From contig NMRA01000211.1 of assembly GCA_002633005.1 (NCBI GenBank), positions 1 through 64,000 of the forward strand: DNA of 64,000 nt. Direction: 5' to 3'. This stretch comes from Phoronis australis (lineage: Eukaryota > Animalia > Phoronida). The first letter of the stretch is position 1, and every line of letters starts with the position of its first letter. Both the position numbers and the translations under genes were made by a program. The notes under the pieces were generated by a model, which was given only the letters and a program-made list of their open reading frames with translations, was not told the DNA's origin and ran no database searches. Shown piece after piece: positions 1 to 12,843 of this stretch.

Positions 1-72
1 TAAGAGATCCGTACAACGTATCGTACTATTGACCTCGATTTGCTTGCAAGGCAAGGCTTTGTGAAATGTAGG

Positions 73-248
73 TCAAGTTGTGGAGGGGTCACTCACTGAA
101 GAGTCTCTGCCAGTGTTGCAACGAGATTGCCGATTGGTTTTGCCAATAGATATCACTGCATCGGATAAGCGACTGTTCAACTTAACTGGCTTCACCTTTG
201 ACCCCGAATAACCAACAGTGACACGATATAGGTTGAGAATGCACACAC
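73..248 (-). other. Possible terminal coding exon of an unidentified gene (GVCILNLYRVTVGYSGSKVK...DPSTT*)
   Basis: On the minus strand a ttttcag acceptor precedes an open frame ending at stop 73. No upstream exons or family identified. Confidence 0.2.
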
Positions 249-897
249 CTGAAAAACATTGCACGTTTAAACGGTTACTCCGGCCGCAGAAAGCTGCGGA
301 AATTCAAGACCATGCACGCAAGGCGGTCTTGAACACTAGTGTCATGGTCTTCGTGCTCACCGTTCGGGCGGCATCCCTGTAATGCCAACTAAATATTTAT
401 GGCAATAAAAAAACATGTATTAGCAACATGAAGTACAGTGTTATCAATAGACCTGTACCGGTACGCCAACAGCAATGCTCATCCATAATTAACGAACACT
501 GATAGGTTTGAAAAGTATGAATTGATGAAATGATTTTCAAGTTACAGATTAATCAACTGAGGAAATCACAGACGGTAGGACCACGAACCACTCATGCAAA
601 AACGACACCTGTTAGCTAAATTGCCTTTTAAGGCACCTTGTGTTGAGTGCTACATCGTCGGGTACTTTCAAATTGGTAATTATTTTTTACTTTCATGCTA
701 TATCCGTTTCACTCAATATCAAAATCAATTGGTTGCTCACTTTCTTTTGAGATAATTGTTTAATAACAGACTCAAAGACAACACAGTTCTGAATTTCAAT
801 TTCCTTATACACAGCTTGTTTAAATGTCGTGACACGAATCCAGTGTTTGGAATGTTCACATCGTCCGATCTTATGAAAGAAAACATTACACGTCAAA

Positions 898-1054
898 CAT
901 GTCATTAACGTCTACTGTATCTGTATTAACTGTTTTAACTTCTTTCGAAACATTCAAACAAGCTTTATGCAAAATGTTAGAAATGTCGTTGTAAAAGCCA
1001 GGAGTGTCTCTCACAGGAACGACAGTGGCATTCATTAGCTATGGGCCACGTACG
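898..1054 (+). repeat. 157-bp dispersed repeat, copy 1
   Basis: Near-identical (about 3 mismatches by eye) to 62053-62209 in the same orientation. Confidence 0.9.
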
Positions 1055-1699
1055 GGTTGATGGATGCATTTCCAGCAAATATGAGTAAAAGCATTGAGGC
1101 AAAAAGGCCACAGCACTCAATTTTCCGAAAGTCAGATGGAAAGATATTAGCCAATTTTGAACAACATAATTTTAAAGTACAAATAGCGCTATACAATGTT
1201 TAACGATGGCGACAATTTTTGTGGAATCTTGTGAGTGCAAGAGGTGGGCCCTCGTTTCTTGTGGGTACACCTCTTGTTTTAGCTTACTTTTTTGTCCATT
1301 AGTCAGTCCGGTGCGGTAGTTGAGATTGTTCCCTTGCCGGAAAAAATATGTACCTGGATGCAGCTCGGCCATGCACACTTTACAGGGGGGGACATTCTGT
1401 ACTTTCACTGACGCTTGCACTGACCCCGTAACATTTGTAACATTTGGCGTTTTTACTATGTTACCAGTTTCAGAAATGTGCGTTTGAAAAAATGTTCTAA
1501 GTCTCTAAAAATGCACCGTTTATTGGCCCTTTGTCGCGGTTGCACGCACACAGTCCGAAGTCGAAATTACCTCAAGCTGCCCGGTATACATGTAGCTACA
1601 AACTTCCCGCCGCGCCGTTGTGAGGTCTAGGCCATTCTCGACTGAGCGCTAAACCGCACCCTTAGGCACTACCAGACTAGGAAAGCACTTAGACACCTG

Positions 1700-1915
1700 A
1701 CTAATAAACTAAAACCTGAGCCCTTCAAGTCATGAAAGTAAATAATGACCTAGTGTTTAAATTAGGAGCGTTGCATGAAAAATCCCTACTTATTTATAGT
1801 GATATTGATAATTCAACGTAGAATCAACGTNCCCCCCCCCCCCCCTTTGTACCAAAGCCAAAACTGACTTCGCACTGTAACTAAACAGCATCAGTACTGA
1901 CAATCAAGGTTTTTG
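1700..1915 (+). repeat. Diverged partial copy of the MITE at 2074-2506
   Basis: Aligns with 2222-2425 (ctgagccc...gttgcatgaaaa..tccctacttattt). Confidence 0.65.
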
Positions 1916-2073
1916 TTTAGAACTATGAATTAGATCAATAGAATTAAATGTGCCTAATGATAGTTCCGAGAAATGGGGATCACCATGGTGCATGCGCATG
2001 ATAAATTAAAGGTAGATCCGTCAAGGGACGTCAAATATACGGCACAAAAACCCATTAGTTAATTGCAGACCAG

Positions 2074-2506
2074 TGGCCGGTTGCATGAAACCGTCCACAA
2101 TATTGACTCAACTAAGGTACCTAAGTCTTTTTGGGTATTTTTGTCTTTATGGACTCACAGATGAAATACGCTTCTATCATTTCATCTTAATTATGAGCTC
2201 CTCATTGATTAATGACATTTTCTAATAATATAACTAAAAACTGAGCCCACAGTTCATTGAAAATAAATAGGGACTTAGTCCTTAAATTGAGGGTGTTGCA
2301 TGAAAAGATCCCTACTTATTTTCGGCAATATTGACAATTTAAGGTAGAGTTCACTCTCGATTTGTATCAAAGTCAAAAGTTGACTTAGTACTGAAACTAA
2401 AACAATACAAGAAGATCAATCGATGTTTTCACAAGTCCAAAAATACGCAGTAGATTTAGGGAACTTAGTTGAGTCCCTATTTGGGACTGTTTCATGCAAC
2501 CGGGCA
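2074..2506. mobile_element. MITE, PIF/Harbinger-like
   Basis: TIR tggccggttgcatgaaaccgtcc / ggactgtttcatgcaaccgggca. Further copies at ~1700-1915 and 28912-29152. Confidence 0.75.
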
Positions 2507-3234
2507 CCGACCTCGGAAAATCTCGAGTAACTCCACCACGCTAAACCTAAAGTAGAGAAAAATATCTTGCGTCCGATTTTAAGCAAAAAAACAAAAGCCC
2601 TCGAGCTATTTACGAGACACATGTTGTGTGTAAATTTCACGTTGATCCAATAAGAATTGCGATATGTAGCGTGTGATCAAAGACACAAACATACACACAC
2701 ACACACATTTTATAACAAAGCAACAGACTTGAAGAAATTCCATTTCACCAAGAAAAAATCAATACTCTAGTTCAAAATGTTAAGCAGTTATTAGCTGTGA
2801 GCCACCTGCATATCTTAGCGAAGCGACTGCGATTTCAAATGCAGGAAATGTCTGCAAACAAGGAACCCCTCTTTTCCGCTTGCCTGTGGATAATCTGATT
2901 CCCTTTTCTGAAGAAATGGGCATTTTCTTGATTTCTCACGCTCACTCAGCTGTTTGCAGCTAATTTCTTATTACACGTCAACATGTGCTTTGGCAAAAAG
3001 TAGCCACTCGCCGACCAAAGGCTTTACCCTTTACCGACTTAACTTGGAAGTCATACATTTCCTTCCGTCCAGTTATCTAAGAACTTCGGCCTTGTTATGA
3101 TTATTTCAAACAAATTTACTTCCCTCGGAAATCAATTCCTTTTGCTTCACAAGCAAAACTGCCATCGTGGTTAGAAGCAGGTAGAGCTTTGAAATTGTTT
3201 GAGACGCATGTCGTGACAATTAACTTCAGTAGGT

Positions 3235-3930
3235 AGATTAAGGACCAATGACATCTGTAATAGAGAGACATTGTCTTCTCAAGGTAATGCAGCATTAGTA
3301 GTGATTAAAAAGTTCCAAATCTAATACGATGACCTTGCGCTCCCAGTCGTTTTTGACATTTTGACAAAAATGGTTTTCCCAATCCTCAGTTATGGTGCTG
3401 AAGTGTGGGGTTCCAAAGAGTATCGTTGTATTGAGAATGTCCATATTAAATTCTGTAACCGCCTATTAGATGTCGATAGTAGTTGTAGTAATAGCGCTGT
3501 ATTAGGTGATGACTTGGGAGATTTCCACTTTTTGTGAAGCTGTTTTTAAAGTTGATCAAATGTTGGTTAAAGATAGTAAAACTACCGGTTTTAGGCAACC
3601 TCAAAATAGTCTACAATATGATTGTAAAGTTAGATGAGTCGGTAAGATCAACATGGGTCACTACTGTTAGAGTGTTCTTAAATTGATATGTCAGTTTTGT
3701 TTGGTTTGATGGGAAGAATTATTCCTAAATACTTTTTAACGAAGAGTCAAGGATTGCTTTTTGCAAGAATAGAACACAGACGTGAGAAATAATGTAAAAT
3801 TGTGTAGATACTCACTTTTCAAAACGACGTTTAATCTTGAAACATATTTTTATTTCAACAAACCTCGCTGCTTTATCAGTTCCTTTGCAAGATATCGATG
3901 TTCAAACCACAGACTGATGGTCGAGGTAGG
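3235..3930 (+). mobile_element. Degenerate non-LTR retrotransposon (RTE-X-like) ORF2 C-terminal fragment
   Basis: Translates with frameshifts and stops to DKMVFPILSYGAEVWG...IENVHIKFCNRLL...SNSAVLG...FARYRCSNHRLMVEVG. It stops abruptly at the inverted repeat at ~3930. Confidence 0.75.
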
Positions 3931-4090
3931 TAAATTTATTAATTACTCGTCCGCTACTGCGGAAGTGACGTTTTAGGAGGCAAGCATTTCGCGCCAATTT
4001 CTTTTCATATAGTCTGCCGAGTCAGTCATTGTTCTACCTCGGTTGTGTTAAGTTCCGTCGTCGTTTGCTTTCATTTACTAGTCAGTCAAC

Positions 4091-4846
4091 ATGCCACACT
4101 GTTGCTGCGTACCGGAATGTACTAATTATCGGCTCATGCGCGCTTTGGGAGTACCTTTGCATCGCTTTCCGATGGATGACACACTTCGTCGTACTTTGCT
4201 CGTTCGTGTGAAGAACGCAGCGTTACCCGTCCACGCAACGTACAAAGCAGTGAAGAATTACCGTGTGTGTGGCAAGCTCTTTCTGCCCTCCGCTGAATTG
4301 ATGAAGGTCGCTGCGAAACAACGCCTGAAGAAGAATGCCATTCCGTCTGTGTTGATTCCCGGCACCCCCGAGAAGTGCATTTTTGAAGCGAGAAGCCTCG
4401 CGAGCTGTGGCCAGTACAGTGACTGGAGCCAGTGGAGACACTTCATCTACTGTCACCCGTGCCTCCGAACGTACCCCAGAGCGTGCAATTCCTGGAACCA
4501 GTAGTGATTCGCCCTGTGCTGTTTTCTCCAGCCCAGAGCCTCTAAGCATGCAGCCCTGCAGCGATATTGAGTAGTGGGAGTGATTACAGGCCCAGATCGA
4601 CACCCAGTGAAGAGGACACTATGTCGTTCAGTGAACAGATCGGTGAGCCAAACTTTGATAAGTTTATTGTGGACTTGTCTATTTAGAAGGTGTCAGGTGT
4701 GTGGCGAGGGAGTCACACGACACGATGTAAGCAGTTGGGGTGCTCAGGTCACCATTCAGTGGGAGTGTGTCGCGGGACAGTCTGGCAAGTGGGACAGTTG
4801 TTCCTCTGTCCGTGGTATGCCGGAGGTCTACTTAACCATGTCCAGT
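4091..4846 (+). pseudogene. THAP-domain transposase 5' fragment (Kolobok-type), frameshifted and truncated
   Basis: MPHCCCVPECTN...LHRFP...RVCGKLF...LKKNAIPSV is a THAP domain with the conserved W and H mutated. After frameshifts: DKFIV / LFRRCQVCG...GAQVTIQWECVAGQSGKWDS..VRGMPE, the Cys region that precedes the Kolobok catalytic core. Confidence 0.8.
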
Positions 4847-5126
4847 AGAACTCTGAACAGCACAAGCATTCCATTGAGGTAGGCGTAACAACGCACACAG
4901 TGCATTTGCACCAAGACGTGTCACCACGTCTGTCCTCAGTAGCCGCCTCGTTTCTCTCAACAGCTGCCTGTGCCTGTGCGTACTCTGCCTCGTTATACTC
5001 GGGCTCAAACATGTACCCACCCACTGAATGTCCGTGAAAAAATTCCTCGTCACCACTACTGTGAACAAGGTCTCGGCCGCCACTCACACTACTGTCACTG
5101 TGATACGGGTCACCGACTCCAGCCAT
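4847..5126 (-). pseudogene. KolX / P2X7 C-terminal ballast-like Cys-rich protein, 5' fragment
   Basis: ATG at 5126; GGYMFEPEY...DRRGDTSWCKCTVCVVTPTSMECLCCSEF matches the YxFEP...WCxCxxC...ECxCCxE signature. Confidence 0.8.
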
Positions 5127-6399
5127 TTTCAGCTTACAACACACTTAACAATCCCTAAATCCAACGTAGTTGAGTTCTCTACTAACCTATCTTGCCGCAG
5201 AATACTCGCCGATGGAAAGTGGTGGCGACAATTGTTGAAAAACAGCACAAAACAAAAGTAGAATAGAACAGATTCGCACGGTAAAGTCAACGCAAAACCA
5301 AGTGGCGGGAAACGCTTGCCTCCTAAAACGTCACTTCCGGAGTAGCGGACGAGTAATTAATAAAATTACGAAAAGCTGTAATTAAGTAGAAAATATGTCT
5401 AGGATAACCAACCCACCTTATTTTAGCTCAAAATGACATGGAAAAGGTTGCCTTCGCCTATGAAATGTGTATACCATGCTCCTGTTTTAAAACAAGAACT
5501 ACAAGTATGTTATGGACCACATTTCAAGAAAGAGAAGGAAGAAACATCTTCCTAGCTTTAAATACAAAACTGGAATATGTTTTTGTAAAGTTCATCTTAG
5601 TGTTTTCCAAGTATGTTCAGTATTTTCACCAGTTGTTTTGTAACTTGTTCAGCCCCTAAACTGCCCAGGCCTTAGACAATAGCACTGTCTCAACTGGTCC
5701 AGTAGAGATGGTAGCCATATCATAGGTCCTCCATACATGTATGCCGGAAACTTTTTGGCGAATTATGCATCACTGATGAAATCATCGAAGTCATGTTGCT
5801 ATAAGTTTATAATTACCATTGAGCACTAGAAGGAGTCCGTTAATTTCTTGATTTGTTCCCAGCTGATACAAATACTCCTGAAATCCTGTCTTTCAAACAG
5901 TTCGTCGTTGCCCAAATCGACAATTGGCCATTTTTACACTGCTTTCGCCATGAGATAATTATATAGCGTTATGCTGCGGTTGTGATTTAAGCACTTTAAA
6001 TCGAGTTTTTTTGAGAAGGTTAAATGGAGTAGATGGTTGCAATGAACTGTTAAGTCAAGGTACCAAAGTGGCGCTGACATCATCCGCTGTAATCCTGGGA
6101 CAGGGGGAACCTTTTCTCATTTTTTGTAAACATTAATTACTTGCATGTCGGTAGCTGCAATGGTAACTAAATTAAAGTGCCCGAGTCGTAATATGAGGAC
6201 AGGGGAAGCCCCTGCCCATTTTGTCAAACGTTCTGTAAACATATTGATTAGGGTATGATCATCTGATCAAAAAATACATTTCAATCACTGCATTGGCACA
6301 CCAGCTGACTTATTTTCAGTCGCATCAACTAAACTAGTTGTCAGACGGTCATAATTTTTGGGCGATAGATCGGACGGCATGTACCTGTACATGTGTTAG

Positions 6400-7300
6400 G
6401 CTGGTGGTGGATCAATTCCTGATAAGTCCGTCTGAAAAATTTACATGCCAACACACTGGTAGCTAAATGTTAACAGTTCGCATTCTTTCAGCTGGACTTG
6501 AATCGCACAGCTCAGTCCGGAGACCTGAATATACAAATGAAATTCGAGGATAAAGAACTTGTTGCTTAAGAAGCCAAGTACCACACGTCGTGCTATAAAA
6601 TATAAACACAAAGATTATGAAAAGTTAAGAATCCAAAGGTTTCAAGAATGCTTTACTACAGTTTTGTTTGGAGTTCATTGAATCAAAGCTTCTAACACAT
6701 GGAGATGTCATTTGCCTTTCAAAACTAAAGCAAGACTTTGAATCCATGCTTCAGAAAGTTGTTGTGCATGAAGTTATTTGGACTGGCTATAGCAAGAAAC
6801 GATCGTTGAGGCTATACCCATAACTGCAGTTTGTGCTCAACTAAGAGAAACAAAAGTGATTTGGACCTAGTGTTCAATGACTCACTCGCTGACACACCAA
6901 TCAACACAGCCCAGTATAACACATTTTGAACCAAATATGTGCCCGAATCCTGCCTGCTTCCAAACAAGGACTCCGTGTTTGACTCTTCATTGAAGGGGGG
7001 CCAATTACCACTGTGGAGTACTGTACATGCACCCTCTCTAATAGGCCAAACACTGTAGTTGGCTCCTTGGCGGTAGAGATTTGCTGTTAAAATGTTCGGC
7101 AATGCCCACACCATGTCCTTTGACCGTACTCAGCGATGTGCGCTGCAAGTTCAAATTGAACATGTGTTCGAGGAAACTGAATTTGTGCTGCAATGCGGGG
7201 TCAAACTGTACAGAAATGTTCACTGAAGTGGTGACTACTGTACTGGCATCAGCAACACTGGCTGTATAACTTTGGACAGTTCTTTGACAACGAAGATGAT
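6400..7300 (+). mobile_element. Academ-like transposase remnant (internally deleted)
   Basis: ELVA*EAKYHTSCYK at ~6555-6600 and a degenerate C-terminal CXC-type cluster PCPLTVLSDVRCKFKLNMCSRKLNLCCNAGSNCTEM at 7110-7220. Ends not resolved. Confidence 0.55.
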
Positions 7301-7569
7301 ATTTTTTAAGTTAACTGTAAATAGACCGCCAGCTTCTCCTACCCCATTATTTCGTTATATTTCTGTGTCAAAACGTATGAGCTGTGAATTTACTGGTTGA
7401 TTAAGTCATAGAAAGTACATGCTTTGATCATTGCCATGTATTTGTCTTAGACTGCTTGCTAGACACCGTCAGAATAACCTACATGTATTATTTTCATACA
7501 GTCGATGTGCACATTCACAGAGATCATTTAACTTTGCTGTACAGTGTATATGTTCAGCATATTTCTGGC

Positions 7570-9364
7570 ACAGCACACATCACCAATTTTTGTCCGACCG
7601 GTTGGAAATTGGTCAACGACCGACCGGCAGTCGACTGGTCGTCTAGCCGACCAGCAGCCGACCAGCAACGGTCGGCTAGGAGCCGTCTGCTGAGTCGCCT
7701 CTGTGGTCGACACTTGGGTAGGCTAAGTGGTCCCCTAGCGTGGACGACCAATTCGGATTAAGCGTGTCCTTGGTCGGCAATTACCATTTTATGTCTTAGC
7801 TGGTGAACTTAGGACAAACAAACATTTAACTGTTCGCTGTTCGTTCACCAGTGGGCAACTCTGGTCTCGGCATCAGTTTATCGACTTTTGTTCAACTATT
7901 GAAAGGAGGTAAAATCGAATCAACCTACAAATACGAAGTGCGTGACATTACACCAGCCTAAAACTTTATGTTGAATCAATGACGGCGTGGTTAAATCAAA
8001 CGTTAAGTGATATCGCGGAAGTATAATTTCTAACCTTGGATATGAGACCTTTTATACAGTACATTATGCATAAAAACAAGCACGAAATTTGAAATTTTAC
8101 ATTAAAAATGGATTAAAATCAGAATACAACGCTGGATGTTTTGCGACCTCAAGTGTTTTCATGCCGCAGAATACTCAACAAGCAGCAAGCATTTGCGCTC
8201 ATCCGTTATTGCTCTCGATCATCACTTCATCACGCTGTATATTGCGCTTTACCAAAGGTAGTTATTGTTTATTTCTGTATAATTTCTTAATATGCTGGTA
8301 CAGCAATATAACCCAAGTTTATTTTAGGAACAACATAAACAATGGTTTGAGCATAGTGCCGGTCATTAGCTCATGTTAATACAAGCTTCACGACGAGGTG
8401 ACGAGCGTAACTATCCGGGCTGTGTGAAATTTCGATGTCTGTTTGAGCTCAATACACAGTGGCACCTTGCTGCATTTTGAAAATTGTTTCCATACAGCTA
8501 GCTGGCTAGATAGGAAGGCTCTAGCTTCGAAACGATTTTTTTACTGCTAAAGGGACGACAAGTTCAGAATGATGATAGGTGATGGACGATACTATAGACC
8601 GATCACACTATTCCGTTTTCATGATCTTAATATAGGCGCTATGTTCAAACCATTGGTTATGTTGTTCCTAAAATAAACTAAGGTTCTGTTGCAGTACCAA
8701 CATATTAAGAAATTATACAGAAATAAACAATAATTATCTGTGGTAAAGCGCAATGAAAAGCGCGTGATGAAAAGATAATCAAGAGCAATAACGGATGAGC
8801 GCAAATGCGTGCTGCTTGTTGCGGATTCCGCGTTATGAAAACACTTGAGGTCGTAAAACATCCAGCGTTGTATTCTGATTTTTATGCAATTTTACTGTAA
8901 AATTTAAAATTTCGTTCTTGTTATTACGCATAATGTACTGTATAAAAATCTCATATCTAAGGTTAGAAATTATGCTTCCGCGATATCACTTAACGTTTGA
9001 TAAAGTTTTAGGGTGGTGTAATGTCACACACTTCGTATTTGTAGGTTGATTCGATTTTACCTCCTTTCAATAGTTGAACTAAAGTTGATAAACCGATGTC
9101 AAGACCGGAGTTGCCACTGGTGAACGAACAGCGAACAGTTAAATGTTTGTTTGGCCGAAGTTCATCCGCTAAGTCATAATTGCCGACCAAGGACACGCTT
9201 AATCCGAATTGGTCGTCTACGCTAGGCGACCACTTAGCCGACCGAAGTGCCGACCACAGAGGCGACTCAGCAGACGGCTCCTAGCCGACCGTAGTTGGTC
9301 GGCTGCTGGTCGGCTATACGACCAATTTCCGACCGGTCGGACAAAAATTCGTGATGTGTGCTGT
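7570..9364. mobile_element. Foldback non-autonomous DNA transposon with ~750-800 bp inverted arms (CACAG-type end, EnSpm/CMC-like)
   Basis: 7570-8375 is the reverse complement of 8619-9364 with scattered mismatches and indels. Ends acagcacacatcac / gtgatgtgtgctgt; ~245-bp spacer. Confidence 0.9.
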
Positions 9365-12300
9365 ATCTTGAATAACATATGTTACAGAGCAATAATGTAG
9401 TATATGCAATCATAGATACATGTAAATGTTGAAGAGGAAAAAAGTGTTCCAGAGTGCTGCAATGTAGAGTCTGATCTAGGATATTATGGTAGAAGCCCAT
9501 TTCTTATTTTGTCCCACCATAGATTACAGACAACAGATTCTCGACACCGACATTTACTCATAAAATTTCCCAGAGGAGGTACCACCCTCTTAACATAGCT
9601 AACTCAGGTTCTGGTTAGTGTATTGTGGCGGGACATTGTTCCATCTATTTTACTGTCTACTACAACGGAAAAAAAATTAGCACTGAAACGCTGTTCAGAA
9701 ATTTAGAGTGGCAACGGCGTGCATTCAAGCTTAAGTTGAGCACCTGCGTTGATGACATATAACAAATTCACCAAGTCGTCTGGAGCTTTGTTTCTATAGG
9801 AAAGTTGTGAAAAAAGATAAATTCTCACTCAAATTCATTAATTTCATCGGTAATTTGACGTGTTGCTATTTCGATCTCGTGATAACGATGCGTTTTTTAA
9901 AAACCACAAGCTCTCGATTTCTATTCCCCATTTCATATTTTCTTGATTAGTCTCCCCGGCGCGTGGCTCATAACGATTGTGCAGCACAAGTCACTTTTGA
10001 CTTGCTGACGTTGATTCCACCTCCGACCTAGTTTGACATAGTTTAGTACATGTATCTTAAAGTTTTATCAAAGTCCTGTCACTCGTCTCTGTGATATATG
10101 ATGGTGCAAAGCTGGCCAAATTTGGAATTTTCTCCGCTCCTGTATCAGGTTTACAGCTTCGGTAAAATATGCAGCATTAGGGTGAGGTTATCTAAATAAC
10201 TACTAAACCAACGAAGCACGTGTTTATTTTGAGAGTAAAATCGTGTCGAGCGATAACCCGGAACGAAAAAGAGTGAGACAAACACACGGCCGGCGCTTTG
10301 GTACTGAAACGTGTGAATTTCAAAAGACTTCTTTTAGATAATGTTGATTTTTGTTTACAAAGGTCCTCTTGGAAAGCAGTGTTCTAAGTGAAAACGTCAT
10401 CTGTTATTTTTTGGAAAATATTACAATAAACGTGACATCTTTATTTGAGGTGTCGCACAGTCACTCCTTGTTAACCTGTAATGCGATCCTTATCCCCAGA
10501 CACACGCGAAACACTTAAAGTGAGAATCAACCAATCCAGCCTCGCTGTCAAGTCACTTCAGCAGTGATCATTTTGCTAGTCTACTCTACTAAGGTCCTGA
10601 GATTACACGAGAAGAGCTGCACGGTGTGGCGCAATTTCGCCAAACCCGATCGCAGTTAACATCTCTCAACTGAACACAACACTGCAGTCTGCACAGGTCC
10701 AGTGGCTTACATGCTCTTCTGTGCAGACAAATGTGCACATACTGTGTATTCGTCACTGCCATCTGTTGTTGATTGGCATATCGATTCTGAGAGAAGCCAC
10801 TCCTTGATCAGAAACTTTCAAAACCATCGATCGTTTGACATCTGTTGCTCCGCATCTGAATGCGTTTTGTGTAACTCTGGTTTATTCATACGGATTTCCA
10901 GCGTACTGTCGGATCAAGGTTTCAGTAGGTTCAACCACATTTTTCAAAGATCTTCTGACCATCTTTCGCTCTCTAGGCATAACTTATCACACGTGTACTA
11001 TGCCTCTGAAGAAAGGCGCTTACGCTTAAAACGCACTGGATGCTTAATTCTATCTATTTTTCCCTATACACTCGTCACTCTTGTACGCTATTCTTCACGT
11101 CACTCCTGCTTGGTAATGGGTCATTTATCATCGGTTTTAACCCCATCTACTAATTTAAGAGTCCGCACATGTCGAAAGAGTCAAATCTCACTTTTAAATT
11201 CAAGCAGATTTCACGTACTTGTATGGATTGCGCTACAACCCAAATCAATAAATCTCACGTGTTGTACTATACACGCAATTTGCTCTTTGGAGATCAACCC
11301 GGCAGCACGAACAAGGGCATTGCTCAGTGCAAACGTGAGTACTTAGGTATTATCGTTGGTAATAATACGTGCTTAGAATTCACATTTTTTAATCTTAAAT
11401 AACTGCATTTGAATTTCTAGATTGGTTCTAATCACGCATCTTTATTTTGCACTACTTCACAATACATGTAGGATCGACCATGCATCGACTGGAAACTAAA
11501 ATGAGCATGAACTGATAAAACATTAACTGTTAGCCTTTTCATATTGTTGTGTCTGCTTAATTAAAAAGGCAATTACATCAAATTTTACGGACTAATATCA
11601 GTTCGAAGCTTTTAGGTAAAGCTACTTTACACGCAAATACCCCGGTGGTGCTCCCTTATTTTCAACGAAGGTGTGTCATTGGAATAATAGCGTAACCACT
11701 CTTTTGTATTCAGCTCGATGAAAATCATATTTCTTTAAGCGAGCCATCACCGTGAAAACTCGCCCTTTTAAATAGTCAACACCGATAAAGGTGACCCAAT
11801 TTACATGTAAGAAGCTTTGGTCAATTTGGTCAAACTTTTTCTACGTGTGTACTTTCGTGTTGCAGTATAGTATAAGTCCGAATTCTCACAACGGCCCATA
11901 CTTTCACAAAATACGTCACAAATATTCCAATTACAATGGTGGTATGATGTACTCAAAATGAGTCATATTCCTCATTTAAACTAAAGATGTTTACTATTTT
12001 GTTTACAAGTGATACAAAAAACTTATTTTAACCACGGTAGATGTTCACTGGTGCACCCAAGAGCCGCCAGATCCCAAACCTTTTTAGCATAGCTACGAGG
12101 GTACAAGTCTCCGTTGCTCGTTGCAAAAAGACGTCCCACGGCTGGCACTCGTTTTAACTTTGCGTTTTTCGCCTTCAGTGTTCAACTCGGTCGCTACTCA
12201 TCCCTCTATGTCCAATTCTTTCCACTTTGATACCCCCGATAAAAATTTATGGTGGGCATGTTCAAGTTTTCATGTGCACCGTTAGACCTGGGTTTGCCGG

Positions 12301-12843
12301 ATATTTTCAAATTCCAATACTGTCTTGCTTTGTGGATCAATGCACATGCTGGATACCTTAGCTGTATTTGATTTGACTTCGCCGGTTCCCTACATGACGA
12401 CTTCAGGCTTATAAACAAATCAAATAACCCAGTCACGTAGCCCGGTGTCAATCAAGCGCAGTTATACTGTACTAATTTAAACCGAAAAGGTAACCCTTTC
12501 GTATGAAATATTGAGGTATAAAATTTACCAATCCTCTGTAGCCATCACCTTCACTTCCGGGACCTGGTGTTTGTGTGCTTGAGCAGATTGTGGTCAAAAA
12601 CTTTAAAATGCATAGCAATCTGGGCTGAGTTTCATAACGATGAGTGTCTTGCGAGTTTGGCGAAATCACGCAATCAATTCAGGTCTTCGCGAGATCGAAG
12701 TATGTGATCTCAATAGCTTTTCACTCGCAAATATCTGGTCAGAATTATGGAACTTGCCCGAGATGAGCACGTCTTTCATGGTCACCCTCTGCTTACTGCT
12801 CTCATTGCAGAAAAAATGTTGCGTTTTATTGCAGATCATCACA

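Larger units (their letters stand above)
3930..5486 (+). mobile_element. Internally deleted Kolobok-like DNA transposon
   Basis: ~65-bp inverted repeats at 3930-3996 and 5303-5369 enclose a THAP/transposase 5' fragment (+) and a convergent KolX-like fragment (-). Possible true right end ccatgctcctgtt|TTAA at 5486 (uncertain). Confidence 0.75.

Noticed and set aside
2780-3230. Possible minus-strand coding remnant
   Set aside because: No open frame or recognisable motif could be established by eye.
4091-4504. Functional host THAP gene
   Set aside because: The zinc-ligand His and conserved Trp are mutated, a frameshift follows, and it sits between inverted repeats.
7431-9500. Pairs of similar ORFs on opposite strands (e.g. 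7554-7751 and 9209-9400; 8089-8379 and 8619-8861)
   Set aside because: A by-product of the inverted arms of the foldback element; no protein features.
12640-12843. N-terminal 68 aa of the 414-aa ORF as true coding sequence
   Set aside because: It lies upstream of good splice acceptors (12810, 12834); the Met at 12844 gives a normal type II topology.
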